A stretch of 63,743 bases of DNA, the filler included, from Thraustochytrium aureum (taxonomy: Eukaryota): the NCBI GenBank assembly GCA_012862495.1. It is 8 parts of 6 records of this genome, joined end to end, with 100 filler letters (N's around TTAATTAATTAA, not from the genome) between each part and the next. Parts side by side here need not be neighbours in the genome. Positions count along the whole stretch, not along the records: positions 37,548 to 49,813 come from BLSG01000202.1; positions 49,914 to 57,524 come from BLSG01000203.1; positions 57,625 to 62,400 come from BLSG01000205.1; 5 more parts are not named here. One strand, written 5' to 3'. The notes under the pieces were generated by a model. It saw only the letters and a list, made by a program, of their open reading frames with translations, was not told where the DNA came from and searched no databases. The first letter of the stretch is position 1. Every line of letters begins with the position of its first letter. The position numbers and the translations under genes are program-made. This document shows, piece by piece, positions 46,738 to 59,412 of the stretch.

Positions 46738-47583
46738 TCAACCCGCGGTCGCAGACGATTGCAAATACGCCTCGCGGGCCAGGATGGCCTCGTCCGATCG
46801 GGCGTCGCGCAGCAATTCTAAAAAGTGGTTTATTTGGGTCCACTGCTGGCGCTGGCGCAGAACAATAACGGCGCGAATGAGGCGGTCCTCTTTGGGCGTC
46901 CACTTGATCTTGTTGTACTCTTCAACCGCTTCGGGGACGCCTCGACGCGCTTTGCCTGCGAGCTCCTTGTCGCCACACAACTCAAAGACCATTTTCTCGA
47001 GCAAGTCGTCGAAGGGCTCGGAGGCGACCACCATACTCGCAAGGCGCGCAGGGTCCAGTCGCGGGACCTGTATGGGGGGCGCTTGCGCCATCGGCATGCT
47101 CATTGCAGTGACCGTCGCTTCCTGAGCGAGTGCTGAATCTGTGGTCGCTGGGGGCGTCTGCTGGGGTGGCGGCTGGTTTTGTGCGCTTTCTTCGAGCTGC
47201 GCCTCCTTGACAACATAATGCGTCGGGTCGAGGAGCACGCCTGCGTTGAGCGAGTCCCTTAGCCAGCGAAGCGAGACAGCCGGGGCGCCGGGATGTCTCG
47301 GCCCGTTTTGCTCGTCCCACACTGGGAGCTTGTTCTTGGCGGCGTGAGGGCTAGAGTCGTCCAAGACAACAATCTCGAACCGGTCAAAGCATGCTGGGAA
47401 CCCGACCGGTTCAGGGTCCCCTTCGTCCCTCGACCGCACGACCGCGCCGACGCGCCGCAATGGCCTGCAGAGCACATTAATGGCTTCTTGTCCGTCAAGC
47501 ACGATCCAAATGCCTTGGAGCAGGTCTTTGGCGTGCTGGAGCTGCAAGAGCTTCGCGACCTCTTTGGCCAGCGACCTGGCCAT
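46738..47583 (-). CDS. BRCT + Myb-like domain protein (RAP1/TERF2IP-like architecture)
   Basis: N-terminal BRCT pattern (LLQGIWIVL..LRRVGAVV..VSLRWLRDSLNAGVLLD) and C-terminal Myb-like KWTPKEDRLI..WTQI..RSDEAI. Confidence 0.65.
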   Translation of the reverse strand: MARSLAKEVAKLLQLQHAKDLLQGIWIVLDGQEAINVLCRPLRRVGAVVRSRDEGDPEPVGFPACFDRFEIVVLDDSSPHAAKNKLPVWDEQNGPRHPGAPAVSLRWLRDSLNAGVLLDPTHYVVKEAQLEESAQNQPPPQQTPPATTDSALAQEATVTAMSMPMAQAPPIQVPRLDPARLASMVVASEPFDDLLEKMVFELCGDKELAGKARRGVPEAVEEYNKIKWTPKEDRLIRAVIVLRQRQQWTQINHFLELLRDARSDEAILAREAYLQSSATAG

Positions 47584-48200
47584 CCTCGCGCCGCGCCGCG
47601 CCGAGCGTCCGAGCCGTGGCGGGCGGGCGCCTTGTTCAACACAAAAACGCCGACGAGGGTCGAAGACTCTCGCTCGCCTGGCGCCGCAGCAGGCCAGCGC
47701 CGGNNNNNNNNNNNNNNNNNNNNNNNNNNNNNNNNNNNNNNNNNNNNNNNNNNNNNNNNNNNNNNNNNNNNNNNNNNNNNNNNNNNNNNNNNNNNNNNNN
47801 NNNNNNNNNNNNNNNNNNNNNNNNNNNNNNNNNNNNNNNNNNNNNNNNNNNNNNNNNNNNNNNNNNNNNNNNNNNNNNNNNNNNNNNNNNNNNNNNNNNN
47901 NNNNNNNNNNNNNNNNNNNNNNNNNNNNNNNNNNNNNNNNNNNNNNNNNNNNNNNNNNNNNNNNNNNNNNNNNNNNNNNNNNNNNNNNNNNNNNNNNNNN
48001 NNNNNNNNNNNNNNNNNNNNNNNNNNNNNNNNNNNNNNNNNNNNNNNNNNNNNNNNNNNNNNNNNNNNNNNNNNNNNNNNNNNNNNNNNNNNNNNNNNNN
48101 NNNNNNNNNNNNNNNNNNNNNNNCAAAGCGGCCCCACGACGGGGCAACCGATACCAGCGCAGCTGCTGCACGCAACCGAAAACGCAAAGCAGAGGAGACG

Positions 48201-48851
48201 ATGAAAGTTGAGGCGCAGGGCGGCTCCTCCAGCCCGGACGGCGAAGACGGCCAGGACGGGTTTTGGACGGACGAGCGCAAGTACCTTCTCGCGAGCGAGA
48301 CTTTCCGTCAGGAGCCTTACCTGGACAAGACCAAGTGGAGCACGATCGCGAGCAACCTGCAGCGCGCCCCCGCTTTCCAGGACGCTACGCCCGAGGAGCG
48401 AGAATTGTACCTTAACGGCACAGCTGTGCAAACCACCTTTCGGAGCTTGATGATCGGGTTCGAGGAGGTCCGGGAGAGCCAGATCAAGTTGGACGGGACC
48501 AAGAGGGAGCTCTTTCTTTGCCTCGAGCGCACACGCGAGAAGATGCTCATGCTGCTCGCCCACTCGCCGGAGCAGCACCAAATTGCTGCTCAGCAGGCTC
48601 TCTTGCAGCAACAGCAACTCATGGCACAACTCCAGCAGGCCCAACTCCAGGCCCAGGCCAAGCAGGGCCAGAAGCCCAAAGGGCCGCAAGGTAAAGCCGG
48701 CTCGAAGATGCCGGGCCCCCAGCCCAAGATTCTTGCGGCAGGCCCTCCACAGGCCAAGGCGAAGACGCAAACGTCTCAGAGCAAGCCTCCCCCAGCGAAA
48801 GCCCCTGGAAAGCAGCAGCAATCGAAAGCCCATCGCCAGCAGCAGCAACAG

Positions 48852-48889
<38 letters not shown>

Positions 48890-49813
48890 GCAGCAACAAC
48901 AGCAACAACAGCAGAGAGAGCAGATGCAGCAAGTTCAGCTCCTGCAACAGCTTCAGCAGCAGCAGCAGCAACAACAACAACACGGCGGCCAGGCGTTTGA
49001 TCAAGAGGCCTTATTGCACCAGCTGATTGAAGCCCAACGGCGGGCCAGTTCACAGCAAGGGATGCATGGCTTGCAAGCCGGCTTTCACAACCTAAGCCCA
49101 CAAGACCAGGAGCAGCTATTAGCGATTCAGCGCCACCTCATCCTCCAACAGCAGCAGCAGGAGCAGCAGCAGTTACAACCCGGGTTGGCCCAGCAGGAGA
49201 TCAAGCAAAACATCGCCGCGCTAAGGAAAAACCAGATGCTGATGGCCTCGCAGCACGTGAACAGCCTCCAGTCAATCACCTCGATACCGGAGCGAAACAA
49301 GGCGATTCAGCGCTTTTCGGACATGAACAATGCAATTGACGCCAAGGTCAAAGAGCTGCAAGACCAGCTTGGCGAGCCCGCAGGGCAGTTTGCGCACCAG
49401 ACTTCGCAGGCGCAGCTTTTGCAGCAGCTGATGCAAGCGCACCAGCTCGAGGAGCAGCAGCGCAATGCCCTCGCCCGCGGCCGAAGCGACGAGAGCCAAA
49501 AGCAACAGCACCACCATCAACAACAACAACAACAGCAGCAGAAGGCGCAGCAGCAGCAACAGCAGCAGCAGCAGCAGGAACAGCAGCAAAGTTCCGCCGC
49601 AAAGCAGCAGCAACAGGAACTGCAGCAAAAGCTGCAAGAGCTTGGCCAGAACCTAGGGGCAGAGACCAAGGAGACCGCCATAGTGCTTGCGCAGCTCGTC
49701 AACGCGTACAACGAGAAGAAGCGGCTCGAGCTGGAGGAGTGCACATTCTGCAAAGCTTTCCAAAGCTTCTCGAGCTGGCCCTCTTGCGCGAGCACAACAT
49801 CAAGATCAACCTT
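48201..49813 (+). CDS. Glutamine-rich protein with N-terminal Myb/SANT-like segment; 3'-truncated
   Basis: FWTDERKYLL..KWSTIASNL followed by several long CAG/CAA polyQ tracts. The start may lie in the upstream gap. Confidence 0.65.
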
Positions 49814-49913
49814 NNNNNNNNNNNNNNNNNNNNNNNNNNNNNNNNNNNNNNNNNNNNTTAATTAATTAANNNNNNNNNNNNNNNNNNNNNNNNNNNNNNN
49901 NNNNNNNNNNNNN

Positions 49914-50671
49914 CCCCGCTCTGCACCGGGACGAACGAGAACTTTGCCGGCAAGATCGTTCTCGTCGCGCGCGGGGGCTGCTTGTTCTTCGACAAGGTGA
50001 AGAACGCCGAGAAGCAGGGCGCCATCGCGGTTCTCGTCTACACTACCAGCAGCAAAGAGTCGATCTTTCCTCCGGCATACTACGGCAGCGGCACGGTGGG
50101 CATCCCTTCGATGATGATCTCGCTTGCGGGAGGAAAGGCGTTCATGAAGAAGGAGGGCAAGCTGTGCACGATCGGCAGCAAGTCGGTCACCGCCAAGCCG
50201 ACGTCGCCCACAAAGCCGCCCTCGCCGACGCCGGAGCCCACGGGCGCTCCGAGCCGAGCTCCGACGTCTCGTCCCACCAAAGCGTGCTCGACCCTCAAGA
50301 AGAAGGACTGCGGCAAGCGACCGGACTGCGCGTTTGCTCGTGTTGGAAACAGCCGCTCCATGACCTGCTTCGATCCGCAAACGACGCCGACACCCCAGCC
50401 AACCACGCCCCCGACGCTCTACACGCCAAGCTGCCAGCGCCTGCCTTTCCTGGAGGCCGAGAGCTTTTGCAAAGCCGCGGGCAAGCACGTTTGCTCACTT
50501 TCCGAGCTCGAGAAGGCCGCCAACACGCCCGAGTGCGACTTTGATGAGGAGCCAGTTTGGAGCGCAACCACTTGCTCGCGCAACCGCTCGCAGCGCACGT
50601 TTACCAAGGCCAACAAGCGCAAGGGCTGCATGAAGCCCGACACAGTTGTCGCGGTTCGTTGCTGCGCCTAA
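49914..50671 (+). CDS. Probably secreted protein C-terminus: PA (protease-associated) domain, Pro/Thr linkers, Cys-rich modules; copy 1
   Basis: AGKIVLVARGGCLFFDKVKNAEKQGAIAVLVY..IPSMMIS is a PA domain. PTxxPT repeats follow, then a terminal EAESFC..VCSLSEL..VWS..VRCCA module. Confidence 0.8.
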
Positions 50672-52787
50672 GCTTGAAAGACCGCATAGGGAGATTGTAA
50701 TACCGCTGATCCTGCACATGCACGCCCACTTAGTCCAGGGCTTCGCAAGTGCATGGCAAGGGGCGCCGAGCAGGAACCTCTTTAGACCACATAGTTCGGA
50801 AAGTATAGAAAATAGATTCACGCATGTGCTCGCTGGAATGTCTTGCAGCAAAGTGGTGGCGTCTTTCCAAAGAAACCCATCCACATTTCTTTGCTGTCGT
50901 GTTTACAAGTCTTCGGTTCTGGCGCGTCTTCGGGAGCCCTTCAACTGCTTGCTACAATGACCTCCCAACACTGGCCAATGGCCGAAGGACAAGAATGAGA
51001 TGGGCTTTCGAGGTGCGACCAAGTGCGAGAGGAACACGCAAGGAAGGAGGAGATTCCCACGCAGCAGAATACCGTGTCTGCGAGGCGTGTTCCGACGAGC
51101 AGCTAGTCTTCATCAAAGCAACCTTTTAACCCGTGTCGCTCCGACCACGCACCGAGGCCATACCAACATGCAAGGCTGCCTAGGAGGAATCCCCACGGAT
51201 GCAGACGCCGCGGCTGCGTGAGCTGGCGCCTTTGCCTCATTCGGCGCGGTCGAAGGGCAAAGCAATCTTGGCAGGGAGCTCTCGGGCGTCGCGTCGATCG
51301 AGCTCTCGCTTAGGCAACCGCACATGCACGGTAGCCAGAAGCAGTATTCGTCAGCAACCACTAGATTCTGCGACAACTGTCTCCATTCGCGCTAAACGCT
51401 GCCGTGCGCCGGAGAGACCTTTTCAACCACCCGACGCAAGCCAGTCATCAGGCCGTTTGATAGCGGCTCTCAAAGCGCAGCACTCCGACCCATCGTTTTC
51501 CGCGCCAAGCCCATGGGTGCTCCGTTTTAACGGCTCTGAACCCACGGCGCGAAAAACGCGAAGGAAAGATTTGCCATCTCTGCTCCCGCTTGCTCCGTGG
51601 GCGGTCTGGTGCGCGCGGGGCGGTGGGGCAAATATCGGCGTGCTCTTGTTAAACACCGCCTTTGCGCGCCGCACGCCTTGCGCGCCGCGTGCCTTTGCGC
51701 GCCGCACGCTTCAACCTGCTTGTCAAGAAAGTGGAATAGATTTGCCTTGCCTCGAGCAGAGCAAGCTAAGTTCTCGATGTACGATTGCGTGTTTTGCCCT
51801 GTCGCGCGACGCGGCGGTCGGTTAAACGGATGCGCCGCCATCGTCATCGAGGGAAAGCAATGCATGGTAGGAAAGGCTTCGTTTGGCCTGTAGATGCTGT
51901 CAATCCTGAACGAATGCCCCCGGCAAGCTCTGACAGTGATCGACTTGCTTCAACTCAACACTNNNNNNNNNNNNNNNNNNNNNNNNNNNNNNNNNNNNNN
52001 NNNNNNNNNNNNNNNNNNNNNNNNNNNNNNNNNNNNNNNNNNNNNNNNNNNNNNNNNNNNNNNNNNNNNNNNNNNNNNNNNNNNNNNNNNNNNNNNNNNN
52101 NNNNNNNNNNNNNNNNNNNNNNNNNNNNNNNNNNNNNNNNNNNNNNNNNNNNNNNNNNNNNNNNNNNNNNNNNNNNNNNNNNNNNNNNNNNNNNNNNNNN
52201 NNNNNNNNNNNNNNNNNNNNNNNNNNNNNNNNNNNNNNNNNNNNNNNNNNNNNNNNNNNNNNNNNNNNNNNNNNNNNNNNNNNNNNNNNNNNNNNNNNNN
52301 NNNNNNNNNNNNNNNNNNNNNNNNNNNNNNNNNNNNNNNNNNNNNNNNNNNNNNNNNNNNNNNNNNNNNNNNNNNNNNNNNNNNNNNNNNNNNNNNNNNN
52401 NNNNNNNNNNNNNNNNNNNNNNNNNNNNNNNNNNNNNNNNNNNNNNNNNNNNNNNNNNNNNNNNNNNNNNNNNNNNNNNNNNNNNNNNNNNNNNNNNNNN
52501 NNNNNNNNNNNNNNNNNNNNNNNNNNNNNNNNNNNNNNNNNNNNNNNNNNNNNNNNNNNNNNNNNNNNNNNNNNNNNNNNNNNNNNNNNNNNNNNNNNNN
52601 NNNNNNNNNNNNNNNNNNNNNNNNNNNNNNNNNNNNNNNNNNNNNNNNNNNNNNNNNNNNNNNNNNNNNNNNNNNNNNNNNNNNNNNNNNNNNNNNNNNN
52701 NNNNNNNNNNNNNNNNNNNNNNNNNNNNNNNNNNNNNNNNNNNNNNNNNNNNNNNNNNNNNNNNNNNNNNNNNNNNNNNNNNNNNNN

Positions 52788-53573
52788 CCACAAGCAACAG
52801 CGAGGCGATCTTTCCCCCGTCGTACTACGGCAGCGGCTCGGTGGGCATCCCTTCGATGATGATCTCGCTTGCCGGGGCCAAGGAGTTCAAGAAGAAGGAG
52901 GGCAAGCTGTGCACGATCGGCAGCAAATCTGCGCCTGCAAAGCCAACAGTGCCACCATCGCCGACACCCGAGCCCTCAAAGGCGCCGAGTCGCTCTCCAA
53001 CGGCTCGCCCCACGACGCCGTGCCGCGGGCTAGGCAAAAACGCTTGCAACAAACGGGCCGACTGCGTGTTTGACAAGCTTGGAGGGACGAAGGAGCTGTG
53101 CTTCGACCCGGCGACGACGCCGACGTCGCAACCAACGCCCAAGCCAACTAAGGGACCGACTCGAGCTCCCACGCCGCGGCCGACCAAGTCGTGTGCCGAA
53201 CTCGGCAAAACGGCTTGCAACAAGCGCGCAGACTGCATCTTCGACACGCTGGACGGAAAGACGAAGCGGTGCTTCGATCCGCAGACGACCCCGACGCCAC
53301 AGCCAACCGTGCCCAACTCTTTTTACGCCCAGCTGCGTGCGTCTTGCTTTCGTTGAAGCAGAGGCCTCTTGCAAGTCCGAAGGCAAACACATCTGCACGC
53401 TTGCTGAGCTCCGGCAAGCCGGGAAGACGCCGGAGTGCGACTTTGACGAGGAGCCTGTGTGGAGTGCCTCAACCTGTTCTAAGGGCCGCTCGCAGCAGAC
53501 GTATACCAAGGCAAGAAATCGAAACGGCTGCGTCAGCCCGAGCACGATCGTCGCAGTTCGTTGCTGCGCATGA
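52788..53573 (+). CDS. Tandem paralogue of the PA/PT-rich/Cys-rich protein; copy 2 (5' part in gap, frameshift near 53310)
   Basis: Shares GIPSMMISLAG, KKEGKLCTIGSKS, TPECDFDEEPVWSA and VAVRCCA with copy 1. Has two copies of the C..L.K..C.KR.DC.F module. Confidence 0.8.
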
Positions 53574-54082
53574 GTAACGCGAGTTTGGTCGAGTAGGTTT
53601 GACACCTCGGGAAGTCGAGGCCCGCAAGAGCGGCTCGCCATGCTTTTACGCCGTTGGATAGAGTACGAGTATTCGCCAGCTCGCCAGCATGCACGCCGAG
53701 CTCGCGTCCAGCTCCTTCAACACCCGCGAAAGCACGGCTCGGTGGTAGAGTTTGCCTCAAAGATGAGTTTTATTCTGCTTTCTGGATCTTGATCAAGAGT
53801 TGATCTTGATAAATCAAGAGTGAGTACTACTTGCATTCCGGTCGTGTTGTGCACTCGTTTCGCTGATTCGCACAAGGGAAGTACAAGCATGCACTTGCGC
53901 AGATGGGCGCACTCATCAATTCTGTGCGTGCCGAGAGCTGCCTCGACTCGAGGTCGAAAGGACAGTGCCCCAAGCCTGGTTGGCGGCACCCGCGCAGCAG
54001 GTGGACACGCAGAGTACGCTAGCTCTCGCTCGGGGAGTCGCGCAGTTGCCTGGGCGTGGAGCGTTGTGCTTCGGCGGTCGAG

Positions 54083-54646
54083 ATGGCCTGGAAATGGACC
54101 CAAGCCGCAGCCTTCCTGGCGTGCGCGCTCGTGCACCCCGCGGTGGCACAGGGTACGGACCTGCTGCCGGAGGGGTGGAGCTGCGCGCGAGAGCAGTTTG
54201 GAGACGGGTCCTTCTGCGATTGTGGGTGCGGCGCCGTGGACACTGACTGCACAGACTCGAAAGCCCAAGTCGTTTGCAACTCGAACAGGTTTCCAGAGGA
54301 CCGCGAGGATATTGTGCTTTCGACCTCGTGCAATCTCTCATCCAACGCCTGCGAGTTTTCGACCTTATCGCTCCCAGCCATCGTCGGAGTGGTCGTTGGT
54401 CTCATCTCGTTTGGCGTGCTCGTCGTGATTGCGGTGCGCTTCGCCATGTCCAAGTTGAGGGCCACTGGAGACTCAAGTATTGCTTCAGGCTCGCTCCGCC
54501 GCGCGCAGCCAGTGCGCCAGGAGGAAATCCGCGAAGCCCGACTCGTTGCCGGTGTGGGACCTACTGAAGAGATCCGCGTCGCCGTGTCACCTTCAGAGAT
54601 CCCAAAACCAAGCCTCGCCCCCACAGCACGCCGACTCAGCTTCTAG
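54083..54646 (+). CDS. Small type-I membrane protein with Cys-rich ectodomain
   Basis: Signal peptide, WSC..FGDGSFCDCGCGAVDTDC module, one TM helix (AIVGVVVGLISFGVLVVIAV) and a cytoplasmic tail. Confidence 0.7.
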   Translation: MAWKWTQAAAFLACALVHPAVAQGTDLLPEGWSCAREQFGDGSFCDCGCGAVDTDCTDSKAQVVCNSNRFPEDREDIVLSTSCNLSSNACEFSTLSLPAIVGVVVGLISFGVLVVIAVRFAMSKLRATGDSSIASGSLRRAQPVRQEEIREARLVAGVGPTEEIRVAVSPSEIPKPSLAPTARRLSF

Positions 54647-55930
54647 GCCGTCTCTGCGCCGCCTCTGCGCCTTGTCATTCGCACCCCCAGCCGACGTCCG
54701 CCGCTCCGAAAACCCTTCCAACCGTACTGGTACGTAAAGAGCATCTCTATCCTTTCCACACTCCAATGGCTCAAAGGCGTCAGCCATCATTCTTCAAGCC
54801 CTCCGCCATCGCCAACCCTTCCTTCGGTCGTGATTCCGTTTCCGTCCGGGACCGGTCTCTGGGCTCGTTCGAGCATGCAGCCGACGTCGAGCGTGGGCAA
54901 GGAAGTCAGGCAGCCAAACGGAGGAAGCCAACTCGTCAGAGTCTCCTCCAACGTTTTAATTAACCAATTTTAAAACCCCAAACGCAGCGCCATGGACCAC
55001 CACGAGCGCAAGCTCCTCCACGTCCGCCCGCCCCGCGCCCGGCACGCCCACCACATCCACGCATCTCACCGTCGCTGCACACAGAGTCCATCCGCCCTCG
55101 TATCACCCTCTTTCGCGGTCTGCGCCTCGCTCTTTTGCGGAACGCCAGTTCCCCCAGCTTACTCCGCATCAAAGTTGAATTCGCGGATTCTCGCGCAGCT
55201 AGAGAGTAAGGTGGGGCGAGGGGAGAGTGGCGCGCAGTGCGAGAAACGGCGGAGACGCAGCCAGACAGACGCAGCAGACACCAAACGCAGCAGCAGGAGN
55301 NNNNNNNNNNNNNNNNNNNNNNNNNNNNNNNNNNNNNNNNNNNNNNNNNNNNNNNNNNNNNNNNNNNNNNNNNNNNNNNNNNNNNNNNNNNNNNNNNNNN
55401 NNNNNNNNNNNNNNNNNNNNNNNNNNNNNNNNNNNNNNNNNNNNNNNNNNNNNNNNNNNNNNNNNNNNNNNNNNNNNNNNNNNNNNNNNNNNNNNNNNNN
55501 NNNNNNNNNNNNNNNNNNNNNNNNNNNNNNNNNNNNNNNNNNNNNNNNNNNNNNNNNNNNNNNNNNNNNNNNNNNNNNNNNNNNNNNNNNNNNNNNNNNN
55601 NNNNNNNNNNNNNNNNNNNNNNNNNNNNNNNNNNNNNNNNNNNNNNNNNNNNNNNNNNNNNNNNNNNNNNNNNNNNNNNNNNNNNNNNNNNNNNNNNNNN
55701 NNNNNNNNNNNNNNNNNNNNNNNNNNNNNNNNNNNNNNNNNNNNNNNNNNNNNNNNNNNNNNNNNNNNNNNNNNNNNNNNNNNNNNNNNNNNNNNNNNNN
55801 NNNNNNNNNNNNNNNNNNNNNNNNNNNNNNNNNNNNNNNNNNNNNNNNNNNNNNNNNNNNNNNNNNNNNNNNNNNNNNNNNNNNNNNNNNNNNNNNNNNN
55901 NNNNNNNNNNNNNNNNNNNNNNNNNNNNNN

Positions 55931-57524
55931 CGAGGTGGAGCGCCGCGTGATCATGGGGCTCATCATCAAGATGACCGAGAGCGCGCACTCCGAGGCGCGC
56001 GTGGCGGCCTTCCAGTGCCTCGCGCAGGTACTCGGGCTATACTACCACTACCTTGGCGCCCACATGGAGGAGATCTGGCAGCGCACCACGGCAGCCATTC
56101 AAAACTCGGCCAACGACGAGGACTCTGCCAAGTCGGCGCTAAACTTTTGGGACGAGCTGGCGTACGAGGAGAGCGAACGGCTCGCCACAATGCGCGAGTC
56201 TGGAGGGCAAATCGCGCCCGTCGAACAGAGCCAGAACTTCATCCCGCAGGTGCGCGAGCTGCTGGTGAAGTTGGTGCTAGAGTATTGCATGCTGCAGCAG
56301 GATGAGACCCCGGACGACGAAGAGCGCACCGAGGACACGCTCTACGGATCTGCGGAGCACTGCTTTGTCAGCCTTTCCGCCTGTCTCGGGGACGCCATCT
56401 TGCAGCAGACGTTTGCCTTTGTGCAAGTCAACATGAACCACGCGGACTGGCGCCGCCGACAAGCCGCCATTTTTGCGTTTGGATCCGTTCTGCGCGACAA
56501 CTCGTCCGAGGCCCTCGCAGAGGCCGTCAACGCGGTGTTTCCGCAAGTCCTGCTCCGTGTGAACGAGCAGCCCCCCTCGCCAGAGATGAACCAAAACCTG
56601 GAACCCGTCGCCACGGTGCGCGAGACGGCAGCCTGGGCTGTCGCTCAAGTGTGCCAGGGCCACCTGTCCATTCTCAACCCGGCCAACATGCAGCCGATGA
56701 TTTTGTCGCTTCTGCAGGCGCTGAGGGACAAGCCGCGAGTCGCTCACATGGGCGCGACCGCCATCCATTGCTTTGCATCGGAGTTCAGCCACGCCTCCAA
56801 CGAGGAGTCCAACATGCTCAGCGGCAACCTTTTCCAGCGCCTTGCCTCGGCGCTCTGGGACGCGGCGCGGCGCGTTGACAGCAGCGAGTGGCAGCTCATG
56901 GAGGATGCCTTTGAGGCCCTCATCAAGCTGATCGAAGTCTCAGCGCGCGACATGCAAAGCATCGTTGGTGGCGTCCTCCTGGGCCACGCCCTGCTGCGCC
57001 TCGAAGAGATTCGGAATGGAAGTGTGCGCGATGACACGGGCTACCAGGAGGTCGAGCTGTGCGATATGGTCATCGCGTGCGTGCTCAAGCTCGACGTGAA
57101 CATCCGCAACTACCAGCTTCCCAACATGCAGGGCGGCAACGACCCCAACGCGCTCCCTGACAAGATCGTCGAGACCATGATTCACGTCCTGCGCAAGCCG
57201 GGGTCCAACGCGCACCCCAGCGCCTTCCTCGCCATCGCCGAGATCGCGCGCATCTCCGGCCCGGGCTTCCAGCGCTACGACCCGGTCATGCCTCTCGTCT
57301 ACGACGGCCTCGCTTCGCGCACGAACTCGCAGACTTGCATCGCCTGCGTGCGGCTGTGCGCCGACATCTGCAGCGCGCTTGAGGGTGCGATCCTGCCGCT
57401 TGTGCCCCGCATCATGGAGCTTGTTTACAACAACCTCAAGGCCGAGGAGCTCCAGCGGGAGGTCAAGCCACCACATCTTACGGTGATGGGCGACATTGCA
57501 GCGGCCATCGGCCTCGAGAACTTT
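55931..57524 (+). CDS. KPNB1: Importin beta-1 (karyopherin beta), internal fragment
   Basis: HEAT-repeat motifs AAFQCL..YYHYL, WRRRQAAIFAFGSVL, VRETAAWAV and REVKPPHLTVMGDIAAAIG. Confidence 0.85.
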
Positions 57525-57624
57525 NNNNNNNNNNNNNNNNNNNNNNNNNNNNNNNNNNNNNNNNNNNNTTAATTAATTAANNNNNNNNNNNNNNNNNNNN
57601 NNNNNNNNNNNNNNNNNNNNNNNN

Positions 57625-58605
57625 ATTCTCCAGGTCCTCATACTTTGCCGTTCTTCTTACAGGCCTTGGATCTTGGTTGTTCTCTTGAGCATAGCGTTCC
57701 GCACAGGCACTTGCCTCGCGGAACGACAAGTTGACACGATCTAGCACAGTCTCCTTGCTGTGTGGGTCGCGAAGTTGCTCCGCTGGGTGCCGCAGATCGC
57801 GATCAAGCGCCCACGGCTCTAACTGCGCGAGCAAGTTCGTCGCTCCCCGATTTCTGGTGTCATTGCCGCCTACGTCTGCAACAACGCTCAGGGTACCGCC
57901 GCGCATCGTGTCGGTGAGGCCGAGCTTCTTCAAGGCATTGCGGAGGCCGTCCTGAATAGACAGGTTCTCGTCCGTCTCGTAAACGCGGATGACCGCCATC
58001 CTTCCGGTTCGAAATCGTGGGTGTATGTCCAGTAGATCGTGGAGAAGACGATCTGTCTCGTTATACCACGACTCCGTCGTGTTCCCCTGTGCAGTCCAGT
58101 CGAAATCTTCCAGATTTCGATGTAGCTTCTCAGAGATGATGTACTGCCAGCACATGAGCCAGCGCGTGTTGTCTAAATCATTTTGATCTGCGTTTTGATT
58201 TTGTAGCCACTCCAGGCTGCGAACCCAATTGTTGCCGAGTCTCTGCGCCATACTTTGGACCACCTCACGAGTTCCCAGCTCCTCCCAAGCGCTCTGGTAT
58301 GTTTGGACAAGCAGCACGTTCAAGACGTGCTGGATGTTGGCCGCCTCAACACCTCCAGCAATGTCGAACTCGGCTACCGCCATATCCGGCACCTGCTCTT
58401 CGTGCGGCCAAATCTTGCCTGCGAAGCCGAGGTGCTGTGCAAAGCGCCGCAGTCGTGTTTCGTCGAGCGCAAGTGTGCGCGCAAGGTCTGGGGACAAATC
58501 CAGAAAAATGCTCGTGCGATCGTCTGCATTCTCCGAGTCCCAGAGATTCTCTTGGTCGACTCGGTAGACAGCCAAATAGGTGAGCGAGAGTAGATAATCG
58601 ACCAT
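57625..58605 (-). CDS. Uncharacterised ORF, possibly the downstream part of the helicase-like gene; 3'-truncated
   Basis: More than 320 codons open, on the same strand and with the same atypical composition as 59413-61107. Confidence 0.5.
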
Positions 58606-59412
58606 GATGATGTGTCCGTCAAAGAGAGGCGTGGAACGGGCAACTTTGATGCCGTCTTGTCCGCGCCTCGCCTGCGTACGTGTGCCAAACTCCTGGTTGA
58701 CACGTGCACGAATAGTGTCGAAAGCCCTATCCTTGACAACGCGCTGCCGACGGCGAGGCAGACAATCGACCGGCCGATCGAGGTCTGTGTCGCACAGAAG
58801 CGGAACTCCACTGCCGACAACCGAGTAGGTCGTTCTCGGCGGTCGCGAAGGGCCTCCTCTCGCACGTTTTCATTTGCCCTCTGTCCTCCACNNNNNNNNN
58901 NNNNNNNNNNNNNNNNNNNNNNNNNNNNNNNNNNNNNNNNNNNNNNNNNNNNNNNNNNNNNNNNNNNNNNNNNNNNNNNNNNNNNNNNNNNNNNNNNNNN
59001 NNNNNNNNNNNNNNNNNNNNNNNNNNNNNNNNNNNNNNNNNNNNNNNNNNNNNNNNNNNNNNNNNNNNNNNNNNNNNNNNNNNNNNNNNNNNNNNNNNNN
59101 NNNNNNNNNNNNNNNNNNNNNNNNNNNNNNNNNNNNNNNNNNNNNNNNNNNNNNNNNNNNNNNNNNNNNNNGCTCGCTCAACTGAAAAAAATGAGGCTCT
59201 GGCCATCCTCGCCTCCAAGTGATTTTCGAGTGCATTTCGGAGAGCAGTGTTCAGCACCTGGCAGAAAGCCTTGAACTCGTGGATAGGGTAGCGGAATGTG
59301 CGACCGTGCAGCCCGTGAGGATCGACCTCGACGTGAATCTCCCTACCATTTGCGCTGCTGACGATGAGTATGAGAGGCCGAAACGGTCTCTGGGATAGCC
59401 CACGTTGCGGTC

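Noticed and set aside
47259..49795. Poly-Leu/poly-Cys/poly-Ala ORFs on the minus strand, and other long antisense or N-spanning ORFs
   Set aside because: They are shadows of polyQ tracts, GC-rich coding sequence or N runs.
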